NCBI RefSeq assembly: GCF_009914755.1
Contig: NC_060936.1
Reading direction: 5' to 3' (one strand)
DNA length: 64,000 nucleotides
From: the human T2T-CHM13v2.0 reference genome, Homo sapiens
Shown: positions 43,561 to 58,535 of the stretch, one piece after another
Numbering within the stretch: the stretch's first letter is position 1
How the letters are laid out: every line of letters starts with the position of its first letter
Notes under the pieces: model-generated
Database searches by the model: none
Told to the model about the DNA's origin: nothing
What the model saw: the letters and a program-made list of their open reading frames with translations, nothing else
Program-made: the position numbers and the translations under genes

Positions 43561-46500
43561 GACCTCCCCTCAACACTTACCCTAAAATAATTTTGTGTGT
43601 GTTTATGTTGGAGGGGGAGTGAACAAATCAATCACATAATGTTATATAGAGAGAAGAAGAAATAGAAAGGAGAAGAATGTCAGCATTAGTTCTACTAAAA
43701 TTTGAGTTCGCATGGTTTCTTCTTTCATCCTCTAATTATAAATCAGTTGCAATCATTTAAAATACTTATAGTAACTTCACCTCATTATGAAATCTATCAT
43801 GGTGAATTTTATAAATGTATTACATGATATCCAAGATAATTTTGTTGGACTCAAACTTCTCAAAACACCAGAAGAACATTTTTAAGAAATCACTTCCATA
43901 TATTCAAATTCTGGTGTCAAGTTTACTTGCTTACTTGGTAGAAGGGATCCTTTTATGAACTCAAGTAAAATGCCCATCAGACTGACTCTTTGTGGCTAAC
44001 CTAGGGAATTTGCTTATTTCCTCTTTCCTAGCCTGCACTGTATTGTGTAGGAGTTATCAAAATCTCACCTTTGCCAAGGTTTCACTCCCAGCACTCTTTA
44101 AAAAGAAAATCCTTAATTAATTTCTGATTGAAAAGGGGCATGTTTACAATTCTTCTTTAAATAAGCTTCTTATATATTTAAATAAAACCTGGTACTCAAT
44201 TTATCTTTCTAAATTTCAGTTGGTCCAACTGACCCAAACTTGACAACAGAAAGAACAACTCTAAAAAGAATAGCTATTCTTCATCACTGGCCAACTGTTT
44301 AAATACATACAAAGTATCTTGGATCAGTCTCCTATAATGGTGTTTAATAACCAGATTTTCTGACAGCCCACAAAGAATACAAAGTTTTATTTTCTTAATA
44401 ATGATACCATGTCTGTACGATGGTGAAATAGGAAGGGTTTCAGTGACTCAGTTTTGTAAAACACAGGAAAACAAAAGACCAGTGGGCACCAGGAAACTAA
44501 GTAAGACCTATAAACTTCCCTATTTCAAAGAAGCAGAAACACTAAGAAATGGAAGCTAAGGCTCATATCCTTCAGGGAGGACTTCAACTCTCTGATCTTT
44601 CAAGTCAATGTTAGCTTTTTGATATTGATGAAATAAATGATCAAGTTTCAATATAGCAAAGTCTTAGTTATATGCCCTGATGGAGAGATCAAGGTGACAT
44701 GGACAAACCAAATGGGAAGGAATCAACAGAATATTTTAAAAGAATGTGTTTGGCTCTGGCAGGAATTTCATGCTTTCATGTAGTAGCTTCATAACTCCTT
44801 TCCTAATCAGGTTTGGATTGATTTAAATAAAAATTAGTTTCTGTTTCCTGAGCCACTGAAAGCAGAGAGATGACTTAGAACATTCTTCTGGCCAAAATTA
44901 TTGCAGCTTAACCAAGGGCAAGCAGTAAGATAGCATCCCACGCTCAGATGATCTGGAGCTCAATTTAACACACATTCTGCTTCAGAAAAATCCAAAATTC
45001 ATGACTAAGAGAACTTAACCCAAAAGCAGTGGCATCACCTTCCTTTACTCCCACTGAGTGAAAATAAACTGGAGGATGGCTAAGCCCCAAAACAGTGAGT
45101 TGCTAATCATCATAGTTATCATACTTCTTTTGGAGGAAATGAGATTTAATCCAATGCCTGCATGTGCCTTTTCAGGAAATTGCTCATCTGTCTAATTAAG
45201 CTCTTCTTTCTTCACAAGCCTGTGAGTACATTCAGACACATGGCTTCCAGAAAACCTTTTTGCCCTTTTTCTGTTGGTCATTGGAAATTTCTAATTGGTA
45301 ATTGGAAATCTCCATTTTAAGGAGATTCCATCACTTTGTATTAATCACTGGTTAAACTTCATTGACACTGTTTAGAAAGTGCCATTTCCTATTAGGAAGC
45401 ACTTTTGAATGAGCACAAATTAAAAAAACCTCAGAGACTATGCAGGTGGGTTTACGACCTTGTCACTAGCATAAAGCATCTAACTGCTCAGAGACTCCAA
45501 GTATACATGTGCTCAGGCAAGCATGTTTCAGCTTGTTTATTTGTTTCCCAGCGAAATAGCCATTGTACTTTGCCCTCTGCCCTTTTCATATGATACCACA
45601 GGGAACCTGCCCTGTGTCCTGGCTTCCACCAATTAACCTTGCTTTATTTCCTGTCCTTGCAAAGTTAGTACAACCCACTTCACTTCCACCATAATCATTT
45701 TCCATTTCCTTCCTTCCAAGCCAGGTTCTTCATTTCTACCTCAATTAAAGAAAAATTGTAACATTTATGAAGTCCTGTGTCAGATCGTGCGAAGATGAAA
45801 CAAAATAAGACAAGGGTTTTGCCCTCAAGGAGCTCGTGATGCAGTGGGAAGTAAAATACAGCCTCAACCCAAAACCCCACATTCAACTGTGATGGGAGCA
45901 AGGAAAAAAAAGTCCTGTTTAACATGTTTAACAGTGTGTGAAGGAAGCAATCAAGAAGAAGCAAGTGTCATTCTTCTCTCTGTCTGTGAAAAAAATTTAT
46001 TATTACTTTAAAATGCTTTTCTGCTTTGCAAATAATGCTATTCACACATGTGGCCATACATATGTCAAGAGGGAAGAGAAGGGATTTACCAAGCATGTTT
46101 GTCCTTTTCCACTGACCTGTTGTATCTAAAATACTTATAGAAAGGAAAAGTTGTCCTTATTTATTAAGTTATAATCACATAGAATATAATTATAAATGAC
46201 ATTAAAAGACACAAAAATGACAATATTGAAGTCAACTGAAGCTAAGGCTCATAAAGCATAATATACCTCTCAAAAAGCATAATATACCAATAACAGAACA
46301 GGCCTGAAACCCAAATTTCATTCAGATTTACCAACCCTTTAGCCCACTTTGAATCAAAACTACACAACCTCTTAGATCTGTTGAAAGGCATCACAATATA
46401 GATAACTATAAGCCTTCAAGCAGATCTCTGGATTCAAGATTTAACATTCCAGCAGTACTGGAATGCTTTCAGCTCTATTCATGCACACCAAAATGGCTGG

Positions 46501-46950
46501 AAGAGGATTTAGTTGATCTATGTGCATGCAGCCAGGAGCCTGTGGGCTCCTCACATCTGCTACATTTATAGGTTGAGAACAGATCCAGGCAAGGTCAGTT
46601 CCATGTAATTCAAACATTTGAGTTCAGGAAGTCATTATTTGAACATGCATTATGACCATCCAACAATTACATGGTGGCCTGAGGAAGCCAAAATTACTGT
46701 ATTACAAAAATATTCACAAAGGGCTGACTGATCTGTTATAATACTAGTCACCACTTACCCCCCTCCACTGAACACTGGCTTGTATCCCCACCCATCACAA
46801 CACTAGCAATTCTAACCAATGGTATGAATGTCATACACATTAGATCAAACAATTCAAAGGCAAACCAAAAGATTGCCAAGCAAAATGGCAAACATCGCAA
46901 AACTTGTAGGATTTCATAAGGCTAACAGTAATGTTGAAAAACGTGTTGGA

Positions 46951-46951
<1 letters not shown>

Positions 46952-47000
<49 letters not shown>
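46952..47000. repeat. (CA)n microsatellite
   Basis: direct read. Confidence 0.95.
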
Positions 47001-47003
<3 letters not shown>

Positions 47004-47123
47004 TAAGCCAAATAAGCTAACAGAGGTAGACCTACTGAATAATAAATAGGAAATCAGCAAGGATGCTGATGTGATAGGCATGGCAAAAAATATATATCTA
47101 TATATGAATAAAAAAGGATTTTA

Positions 47124-47480
<357 letters not shown>

Positions 47481-48429
47481 AAAAGTCCCTTAAGAAAACT
47501 AACAAAGTCCTTACTTTACTTACTTCAAAAAGCACCCTCATTGTGGCCACATTGTCAAAGTCATACATATATTAAATGAGGATTTCCATATTGCTATCAT
47601 ATATTTTTATTCAACAATTAAGCCAAAAATGAGTGATCAGCATTTGATTCATCTGTGTTTGTTTCCTTAAAGTGCTAAGTATAATTTAACCTAATTTAAA
47701 TATAATAATAAACAAATTATGAGATTTAGTTTCCCTTTGAAGATATAGGCCCAATCCCCTTTATTTTCATTATTCTTAAAATATTATAAGTGGATTCATT
47801 TTCAGGAACTTTATGTATATAAGTATTTTATGTACATAAATTTTTCTTGGGTAACGAGGAACCATTCACTGCTCCAGCCATGGTCCTTGCCCCAGAGAAG
47901 CATCTAAAAACCTGCAAGCCTGCATCATCAAGCAAGTCATAGTTGAGCTCTATGACATCAACAAGTGCAGAGGGATTCTTCTGAACCCTATGCACACATA
48001 ACCATGGTTAATTAACTTAGTGCTGATGGCAGAGTTTGCCCCTTGCTTTAAATTAGGCTTTTCCTTTGATTAAAATGAAGGGCTTAGCCCACTAAATTTA
48101 TTTTCCCAGGAGTAATGAAAGAACATCTGTCAAAGAAAAAAAAAGTCTTTAAGTGATGAATGCTAAGTAATGCACCTCAGGTAGCTAAAGATGCTCAGTT
48201 GAAGAGATCAACTGCAATGCTATGAGACACATATTAGCATGAGAGGATCCTGCCCGAAATTAGTCTTATACACAGATAAAATACAGCCTCCACCGCCCTA
48301 AATGTTCCAGTCCTCTCACCATAGCAAATTTGCTGAAACTCTATTGGAAAAGAACGTCTCCTTCTACCATAAGTTACAAAGCTCTCCATGGGAAATAATT
48401 TTATCTCATCCCTTTCCTCTGAGGAGCTG

Positions 48430-48680
48430 ACCTTGTACAATATCAGGAGCCCAGATGTTTTGGAGTCAGACAGGCAGATCTTAAATCCCACCTTTGTATT
48501 TATAAGCTGTGTGATTTGGACATGTTTTCTACCCTTTCAAAGCCTCAGTTTCAATCTCTGTGATACCCAAATAATAAAAAGCTGTCTCATGGAGGCAAAG
48601 GGACTAAAAACTTAAGCAATGACTCAAGAATGCCCAATAATGTGCTTCATAGTAGACACTTAAAAAAAAAAGTTAGTTCC
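48430..48680 (+). mobile_element. MIR SINE
   Basis: 'ttggagtcagacagg...aagctgtgtgatttggac...agcctcagtttc'. Confidence 0.75.
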
Positions 48681-48960
48681 CATCACTTCCCCAATGCCAA
48701 GAAAGACTATGGGGAAGCATAACCCCTCTGGCACCTGGTGGGAAAGGAGGAACTGAAAGGGGATAAAGGGAGTGTAAGAGGAAATGGAGAGGGTGACACA
48801 CAGACTAACTTCACCAGCACCGCCCCCATGCTCTCATTTCACCCGGGGCCAGTCTTAATCTCACATGGAAATGAGGGATAAGATATCTGCGTGTCAGACA
48901 GAAAGTACAAATTCAGTGCATCTGACTCAGAAACTTGGCAAAGATGCCGAGAGCAGATAA
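48620..48960. promoter_or_regulatory. candidate enhancer: two AP-1 sites, GATA, E-boxes
   Basis: TGACTCA 48620-48626 and 48923-48929, AGATAA 48955-48960, CACCTG and CATCTG. Confidence 0.22.
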
Positions 48961-49249
48961 TAAATATAATCACCCTGATTTAATTCAGATGGAGACCTCA
49001 GGGTTCGATCACTTCCAGCTGAGAGGTTCTCCTGTCATTGGAGGGAAGCCTGCTCTGACCTACCTGTGACAGTTGCTAATGGTTTTCTAAATTAGTGTCA
49101 AATATGATCTTATGAAGGAGTCATTTTTCCTTTAAGATGGTTTATGAAAGGAGTTTTCTGCCAGCACTTTGAAAAACAGAGAAATTCAACCAAAATCTGG
49201 TCAATGTTCATGTTGTTCTTCTATTTCAAGACCTGAGCACTTTCAACTA

Positions 49250-50500
49250 CAATCAGTCAACAAATATTTATTAAGTCTGAAAATATTTGCTGTGTCAGGC
49301 ACTGTGGGTGATGGAGAAGAGGTGGAGTGCATGGATTCCACTCTCAGTGAATTTTCAACCAGCCTACCTCTACAAAGTGATTGACCAATGAGACAAAACC
49401 AAAAAATCTATACTCAAGTGATAGTATACAAGAATGACCCCTGCCTCAGAGAATTGTGATGAGCTTCAAATATACCAATAGCGCAAACAGACATACGGAC
49501 ATGTGTGTTTCACAAATTAGTTATCCTACCCCCTAGAAAAAAAAAAAACAGAGAAATGTGAAAGCCAAGACAGCAGGGAGTCACAAAGATCAGGCTATCA
49601 ACTATAGATGCTATAGAGATTTTGACAAAAAGAATGCCACTATTGACCTTTTAGAGAACTGCTTCTGGAGGGTGATGAAGATCAAAGCCAGTTAATGCAA
49701 AGAGTTAGGAAAGGGAAGCACAATTTCGCAAGTATAGCCAATAGGCGTAAATGACACATTTGAGAGGCTTGGGAAGGAGGATGAAGGGAGAAAACTGTAG
49801 CGTTTGGTGAAAGTTAGTCTGCTTATTTTTTAAGAAATGGAACTCTGTTTAAATAGCAGGTTTCTCTAGTAAGAGGGTAAAAATTAAAATGTTCTAGAAC
49901 CTACCATAACTCTAACCTGATGCCAACAGGACAAGTACATGGTCTTGTGTCTCCAAGGAACTCAAAGATAGGTGGAGAAATTCTTTTACCTTTTAATCAA
50001 ACAGTTCTAAAATAAAAATAAAAATAAAAACTTGCTTCCCTGGGATTTTTTAAAAAATAGCTTAGTTTGTTTCATCAGCATTCTATAAAACAAAATAGAG
50101 ACTGATCTGTTCTATCTGCAAAAAACACAGTTAAGGTACTTTTGACTAGGAACCTATTAATCCTTATTATATTTATTAAGAGTTTATACTTTAAGTCAAT
50201 AATGACTTATTACATTGGCTTATTACAGCCCTCTTATCACCAAGTAAATGGTATAGGAAGCATAAAAATGTTAATGACAAGGCCTTTGCTCTCAGGAGGT
50301 TTTTTAACTCAATAGAGAAGACAAAAAAAATGTATAAATAACTTGCAGATAAAGGGCACTGTGACCAATTTAATAAAAGACTAAAGATATTCATTAAGAG
50401 AAGAAAAGAGAAAGAGGCTAATTCTGAACTAGAAGAGCTTAGACAGCTTCTTGGAGGAAAATGGACTTCAGTTGGGCTTTGAAGAAAGCATAAGCACTTC
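49250..50500 (-). mobile_element. scattered L2 antisense fragments (with a MIR piece)
   Basis: 'caacaaatatttattaag...tgtgtcaggcactgtg', 'gcttcttggaggaaatggactt'. Confidence 0.5.
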
Positions 50501-52109
50501 CAAAGCGATTCTGGTGGGGCTACACAGGGGTTGAGGGAGGTACAGTTCCTTTTGATTCCAGGCGGGAGGAGCTAATAAGCAAAGTGAAGAGTAAAAAGGA
50601 TGGTCATAAACAAAACATCATAACAGTCTTGAAAGATGGTCCAAATACCCACTGTACCAAAACGGACTTCAAAACTCGAGCCCTCTAGATGGAAGATCTG
50701 TGCCTCTAGGCCTGTCTAATTCATTTCTGTGTTGTTACTCATGCCACTGTTTCCTAACTTCAATATTTCAGCTCTAGGGCCTATTTTTTTTCCCATTGTA
50801 CTCATACTGCAGAAAGAGGAAATAACTCATCCAGTGGTGGGGATTTCTTAGCAGGGTTTTGAAGAGGGTTGCTGGGGGTGGCTGACTCTGCCAAAATGTT
50901 TCCTTTTTCTCTTGCTGTTTGTCAGATATTGCTGTTGAGCAACACTAGGGAGTGTCATCAACATGCAATCTCATCTGATTTATCTTCCCTTACTCACTCA
51001 GACTCAGCCCTTTGCCTCTTTTTTTTTTTCCTGGCTTATTTAGAGTTTCACAACCTCTTACCTTTAACTGCTGAATAAGTGTAAAACATGTGTGTATCTG
51101 GCATCAGATATTACAATCTCCAAGAAAAAGTATTCACAGTCAGAGATGGCTGTGGCTACCTAGTATACATCAATATTTTGCTTTGCTGTTATTTCATTTA
51201 GAAATTACATTTCCATTTTCCTCACAGATTCACATTCGAAACAATAAATTTTCAAATTTGTATTTTCCTCCAAGTCTCTCCCTTTTGAAAGGTGGATGGC
51301 TGAAATAAACATTTCTCTGAGCTCTACAGAGCTCAGAGTGTAAGTCTGTCCCAGAGAGCCATTAAAAAATTCCACACCAATAAACCACTGACGTAAATAC
51401 AGGCGATGGAATATTTGGGTCTAACAGGATCCTAAAAAGGACTTTCAATCACATACACAGAGAAAATTAACTTCATTGACACATCAAAACTTTTGCAATG
51501 TCCTGGAGGCAGGGCCACCATGATTATTCTTCAACCCAACTAGCACAGACAAAGGATCTTATCGCCAAATCAGCCTGACTTCTTCGGGATCGATCAAGAA
51601 AACTCACCCTCCTCCCCCAATCTCTCTTCTCTGCACCCATCTTAATATGAAGAAAAATGGTTTGGGTTTTGAGTTGAGGATTCTAGAGCAGAATTTTAGA
51701 TCTGATTGTTAAATAAATAGTTTGAGCCTAGTGAAAGATATGACTATACTAAAAATGGCTAAATAAAGCAGGTAAGAAAAACAAGGCAGCATATTGATCC
51801 TTTCAACAATGTATAGCTTTTATAGACCCTGCCATTCCATGCCAGTGTCTGGACTCACAAACTTTGGGGCAGCAAGCATTTTTAAAGCATTCAGTTGAGC
51901 TAAGAAGGACTGTATATGCATTAAAAAGTTTCTAGGACCTGTCTCCATTTCCCTGGATATACTTAACTCTACCTATTACCTTTTTATGTAAGTATCTTCT
52001 GCACACAAATACTGAAAAAGGTCAAGTTCTGGGAAGTCACCTGTTGGCTCTGTCAACATACAAAGGAAGCATCTGCTGTAAGATATTTCCTGCCTGAGGC
52101 CGTCTTTGC

Positions 52110-52200
52110 TTCCAAGTTTGTTGCTAAATCCCCAAAGCCTTCAATAGCACCTAGGGCCTAGCAGGAGATCAGTAAATATTTGTTGAATACTGAATGAATT
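52110..52200 (+). mobile_element. L2 3' end
   Basis: 'agcacctaggg...cagtaaatatttgttgaatactgaatgaat'. Confidence 0.6.
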
Positions 52201-52592
52201 CACAAATAAAAAGTGCTCATTGTTATTGATGTGCTCTCTTAATTGCCTACCTTGCCACAAACTAGACTTGCCTTAACCACTGGTCTCTATTCTTTCTGAA
52301 TCCTTACCATATGTAAGGATTTGTCCGTATGGGTTCCCAAGTACTGTATCTCTAACCTCTGGAGTCTTAGTGTGAATTTGGTCCACAGGCACCAACAAGA
52401 CTTGCTATCTCAGAGTTGGACTGTTCATTAAAATGACTTCAACTCTTCACTATCTGGCTTACCTTGGTTATCATAGTCCTAAATTCCAGAGCTACAGTGA
52501 CACAAGTCCACATCCACATATAGCATGAGAATATAAAAGGTATAAAAGGGTAAAATTTAGTGGGGCAGGGGTGGGTGGTGGTAAGTTACTAA

Positions 52593-52764
52593 TTGTGATA
52601 GTCTGATAGTCAGAATTCGAGATAGCTCCCAATAACCTCTGCCTCCTGATGTCCATTCCTTTATATAATCCTCCTTGAATGTGGGTTGTACTTAGTGGTC
52701 ACTTCTAACAAACTGAATATGGTGAAAGTAATGGTATGTAACCTCTAATTTTGGGTATAAGAGA

Positions 52765-52817
<53 letters not shown>

Positions 52818-53140
52818 GTAACCAGTGAGGAACTGAGGTCTCCCAGCAACCACCTGTGTGAAGTTGGAAGCGGCGCTCTCTCTCTCTCTCTCTCTCCAGC
52901 AACCAGTGAGGAACTGAGGTCTCCCAGCAACCACCTGTGTGAAGTTGGAAGTGGATTCCTTAGCCTCAGTCAAACCTTGAAACGACTGAAAACCTGGTCA
53001 ACAGCTTGTCTAAAACCTCATGAGAGACCCTAAGCCAGACTCGCTTACCTACAGAAGCCTTTATCTGTATCTCTGAATAAATGTTTGTTATTTTAAGCTA
53101 CTACATTTTGGTGTTGCTACATAGCGATAGATAACTAATA
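52593..53140 (+). mobile_element. MLT1F-like MaLR solo LTR with internal (CT)n and tandem duplication
   Basis: 'ctctgcctcctgatgtcc...cttgaatgtggg...gaggaactgagg...ttttaagctactacattttgg...atagataactaata'. Confidence 0.85.
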
Positions 53141-53147
53141 TGCTAAA

Positions 53148-53225
53148 TCAGGGATTGGCAAACACCCTCAAAGGACCAGATAGTAAATATTTTGGGATTT
53201 GCAGGCCACACAATGTCTGCTGAAT
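53148..53225 (+). mobile_element. MER58A 5' fragment
   Basis: 'cagggattggcaaac...ccagatagtaaatattttgggatttgcaggcca'. Confidence 0.75.
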
Positions 53226-53859
53226 GCAGGTGCATGGAGGTCTAGGCCCAAAGTCTTTTTGGGCATTAAGGGAAATTCATCTCCGTCTTTTTCTAAAGCA
53301 TTCATTTTATTTTCTACCCATTCTACAGAGACTACCCATTCTACAGAAATTTCCTCAATGGAGAAAAAGGACTAAAACATTATACTTTTTCATTATTACC
53401 CTTATTTCTGCAGATATTTATCTTCCATTCAGTCCAGTCACTTGAAGACATATAGAGAACAACACAATCAGGTCACTCAACAAAAACTACCTATGTACAA
53501 TGAATGAAGTGGCAACATATGAACATTTATTGTGTGTAAGTCGCCCTCAAGTAGCTAAACCATGGACAGTAAAACAGGAAAGTTATCAAGGAACATAAGA
53601 AATGTAAAACGGAATGTCATGGAAAGGTCAAGGAAGGAGAGATAGTTCAGCTGAGCAGATAGAGAAAAAGCTCAGTGCAAGAATGTGGCATTTGAAATGA
53701 GCTATGAAGAGTTAGGAGGTTGTAATGACTTAGGGGAAGGGCTTTCCAAAGACACCAGGACCAACAATAAGAATTCTTGATTTTTCAGGGAATCATAAAC
53801 AGCATACAGATGTCCCTAGCCTTAGCAAACTGTAGCAGATTCAGATCTTAGACCACATG

Positions 53860-54100
53860 GAGTGGTGGAAAGTACATAAGCTTTGAATATAAAAAGACAT
53901 GGAAACTAAGGGATGAGGTCCAGTCACAATGTGGTCACTTACTGATTTTACCTTAGAGAAATTACTTATCCTCTAGAAGCCTCAATTTAATCTTCTGTAA
54001 ACATCAAGAGTGATAAAACAAATTGTCAGAGATGTTTGTATTTGTGAGCAAAAAGCATAGCTCCTGGTACACGTTATATTTTAAATAAATGCTAATTATT
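53860..54100 (+). mobile_element. MIR SINE
   Basis: 'ggagtggtggaaag...ccttagagaaattactta...gcctcaatttaatcttctgtaaa'. Confidence 0.6.
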
Positions 54101-55059
54101 TTATTCATATAAAGTTTCTCCATAGCAAAGATACCAAGACCTAAATACTTCCTTATATGTAGATAAATTTCCACTTTAAGATTACTCCGCATCTAACTCC
54201 TAAATTCTCTTTCTAAAATTAACTCTGGGATTTGGAGACTAGAATAATAAAAACCTCACATGACATTTTTCCAGGAGCAAGCTACTGAAAAACTGCTAAA
54301 TATAGAATATGCAAAGAAGAGGGAAATGGAAAATTATGGACATATAGGAAAATTATGGCTATAAAATTTCAAAGAAGTCACTGCAAAACTGCAAGTGCTG
54401 AAATTTCCTATAAATCTGAATTGTATTTATTTTAAGAGAAATATTTTGGAATTTTGGGTTTGAGAAACTCCTCACATTTTGGCCTACTACTTCCAATTAC
54501 ACTGGGACTTCACTATCAGTCCTCACACTACAGATGTGTCATTATCTAAACAATCATTTTCATTTCACAGAAATCCCAGGACTGTTTCTCTAACAATTGA
54601 GCCATAACAGTGCTGTTCCCATGGTTACCAAAAGTTCTAATTTCAGTTCCTCAATATGCATTTTATCATGTAAGATTATACAATGCTTCAGAATAGGCCA
54701 CTCTTAGTTCCACATGTTCTTCTTTCTATTATTTTTCTCTAAGTTTCTCACACCCAATCTCCACTGAAACTTCCTGTTTTGCTCATTTTTTGACTAAAGT
54801 TTGTGTGCCCAACCTCTGTAGTGATCACGTTTCTATATAATAAATTCAGGGCAAAGAGGCAAAGCTAAGTAGAAGGAATTAAGCAAAGATTAGAAGAATC
54901 AGCCTCTTGTCAGTCTCCATGGCCCCATAATCATGGTGGCAAGGGAAAAACAATGTGAATCCCAGGATATGAGGTCCTTAGAGATTGAGTGTTTCCATTT
55001 TATCTGTTTGAATTTCTCAACAATACAGGAATTGCGAAGTTCACAGCTCTAGAAGTTGC

Positions 55060-55255
55060 TTTCTCTAGAGATTGGGGTCTTACACCAGAGTCCATAGAAT
55101 GGGCTTCAGAGGAGGTCATCGAGTACCTGAAAGTATGTGTAGAGGTGTGTATGTGTGTTTGTGTGTCACTCCATGTAGCTAAGGACATTCACTTTAATAG
55201 CCTTAATCAGATTCTCAGAGACATCTAAACACCAAAGACGGTTTAGAAAAACACT
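55060..55255. mobile_element. probable hAT-Charlie MITE fragment
   Basis: 'gagtccatagaatgggcttcag...atagccttaatcagattctcagag'. Confidence 0.4.
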
Positions 55256-58148
55256 TCTCTTAAACAAGATCTGTGTTTTGTGACAGGGCCCTGAAAAGCC
55301 AAGTTGTTAATAAAAATCATTTTTGTAAAATTACTATTATATCCTCATTCATCGAAGGGGCATTAAAATGTGGCAGAAAATTTTTGGAAAATTAGTACAG
55401 AAATGTGTAACAGGACCCATAATGATGTCCTTCCTCTTGGATCCAGTGATTGCACGTCAAGGAATGTATTTTTAAGAAACAAGTTAAGAAAGGTAAAAGA
55501 GTAAAGAGGTGTTCGTTTTGATATTATTAATAACCAGGGAAAATTAGAACGTAATATGAGAGACTAATTGAGCAAATAGTGTGACATCAACACAATACAA
55601 CATTATAAGGCCACAACTGCAAATATTCTCTAGGAAAATAGACAATATTTATGATGAAATATTAAATCAAAAAGTAAATATGATTATGTGTAATATGAGT
55701 AAAACTGGGACAAAATATGCCAATACTTGAAAAATAATTTGCAAAATAGTTGTACTAAAGCAAAGATATTTTATGTGACTTTTTCATTTTAAAATTCTCC
55801 CAGACTTTAATATCCTATTAAATAAATGTTGAATTAGAAATAAAAGAGTGACTTCTGTTAAATGTGGCAATTTGAGCATGTTTTGATTTTCATTTCCTTC
55901 CCACACTCCACTAAAATGACACCAGAGATATGGAAAAAAGACACAAATGTACAAGGAATATGGGGACAGGGAAGGGAATGCCAGTGTGAAAATTACGGCA
56001 TCTATGAAGCCAACAAATGGAGATGACTAACTTATTAAAAAGCAGAAAATTTAAACACATCAACAATGGAGTATGAAAAGGAATAAAGCTTGTTTACATC
56101 AAAGAACCCTGGAAAGTTTCAAAATCAAAGACAACTTTGACCTCTGAAAGAGGAGGTAAAGGTAAACAGACACATTTGAAAGCAACTTCTGGAGCAGAAG
56201 CCAAAAGCAGTTACCCTTACCCCTTGTCCAGCTCTGCCTCTCCTAACCTACTCAGTCAGAGAACTTCCATTCTCGACCCAACAAAAAACTACTGTGTGGA
56301 GAGACTAAAGCAGAGGGATCTCATACTACAAATCGCTGAAGTCAGAGGAACATAATGAAAATTAAACACTTAAAGCACAGTTGACATTGAATAGTGGGAG
56401 CCCCCTTTCTGCACCAGCACACAGGTTAGACTCCTGGGCAGGAAGTCTTAGAAGGACCATTCTATAACAAAAAAAATCTACGGATAGTGATGATAATAGA
56501 TACTCCAGTGAAACATTTAGTTCAATTGTGCTAGCATAAAGCCCATCAGAGCTCCCAGTCAGTCTTTTAATTCATCAAACTTAAGTCTATGAGCGGACAT
56601 CAGAGAGCACAGCACATTTAAGAAAAGCCTCTAACAACAGGGACAGCAACCAACATAAACACACAGTAAAAGTAACTGGGAGAGATGAGACAGGGTAGAA
56701 ACAGAAAAACTGTTGTCCAAATAAATTAATATCCTCAGAGAGGAAAGAGAAGATATCATAGCTATTGGAACAAAAAGCAAGATACTATTTTTAACAGAAC
56801 ATTAAGAATACAAGAAAGAGCTCTGGAAATTAAATGTATGATATCAGAAATTTCACATGCAATAGAAGGATTGCATAGAAGGGATGAAGTGGAGACAGTA
56901 ACCTAGAAAGTAAAACAAAAGACAAAGAGTTAGGACACAAGAAAAATAGGCCAGAACGGTCAACATTTAATCAACAGAAATTCCAGATAAATAGAATAGA
57001 GAAACACAAAGGGCAAAGTTTTGTCAAAGAAATAATCCAAGAAAGTTTCTAAGAACTGAGCTTGAAAGTACCCACCAGATTCTCAATACAATGAATAATG
57101 GAAAATCCACACCACGGCCCAAAATCATGAACTTTCAAAATCAAAATACCAAGAGTGAAAGGTCCAAGATCTTCCAAAATTAGGAAAAAAAAAAAAGTTC
57201 ATCTACATAAAGTCAAAAATCAAAATAACATTGTACTTGATTTTTCAATTGCAATCCTGGTGATGGAGTAATGCATTAAAAATTCTAAGAGAAATGACAT
57301 TTGATATTGAACTCTATGCCCAAATAAATTATCCATCAGGAGTGAAAACAGACCAAAAATGTTTTAGACACGAAGGGTCTCAAAAAAATGCACCTCCCAT
57401 GCTCCCTTTCTGTGGAATTTGTTGGTAAAGAAAGACACGAAAGAGGAACCAGGAGATGGGAACCAGGAAGCGGGCTCTCCAATACAGGAGAGAGTTGAAG
57501 GGAATTTCCATGATGATAATGAAGGGAGATAACTAAAGAAATAACAGCGTAGCCGGACTAGAAAGAACCAAATCCCTCCATCCAGGGGAGATAACTTCAA
57601 GGATTTTAAATAAATTTAAGAGATTATTTGACATATTTGAATGCATTGAGAGAAGATTTAGAATTTTGGCAAATGTTTGGACTTGAATTGTGATAGGTAC
57701 TCAGACAATTAAACAGAAGAAAAAAAAGCTAGACAATGACTCCAAAAAATTAAAATTTTATAGAAAAGAAAGCTTAGAGAACATGACGTAGGTCATCTGT
57801 GAATAAAATCTATGTAGTTACAAAAATATAAGTACTGAATATTGATTTAATTAAAAAGTAACATGGTTACATTTGGAAAATGAGGAAAGAAAAGTGTTTC
57901 CAGGGGAAGGAGGAAGAGGCATGTCTTACAAAATAAAATCTTTGCCTTCAGAGTAAGAAATTAATAGATAATACCTAAAACTGAAAAAAAATCAGTATAA
58001 ACACATTATTTAGAAATATGGAAACAAATACTGGAAGAAACAAGTGGAAGAATTTAATATAGAAATGGAAATTGAGGATAGAGAGGAGTTGGGAAAGTAA
58101 CTGCAGTTTTTAAAAGTAAGTCTTACTAACTGTTTGCTTTTAAATCTA

Positions 58149-58535
<387 letters not shown>

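Noticed and set aside
48728-48742. CTCF-like motif (minus strand CCACCAGGTGCCAG)
   Set aside because: Mismatch at a core G of the GGC; not supportable without ChIP data
53313-54364. Short tandem duplications (ctacccattctacaga x2; ggaaaattatgg x2)
   Set aside because: Ordinary slippage-type duplications, not an array or CRISPR-like system
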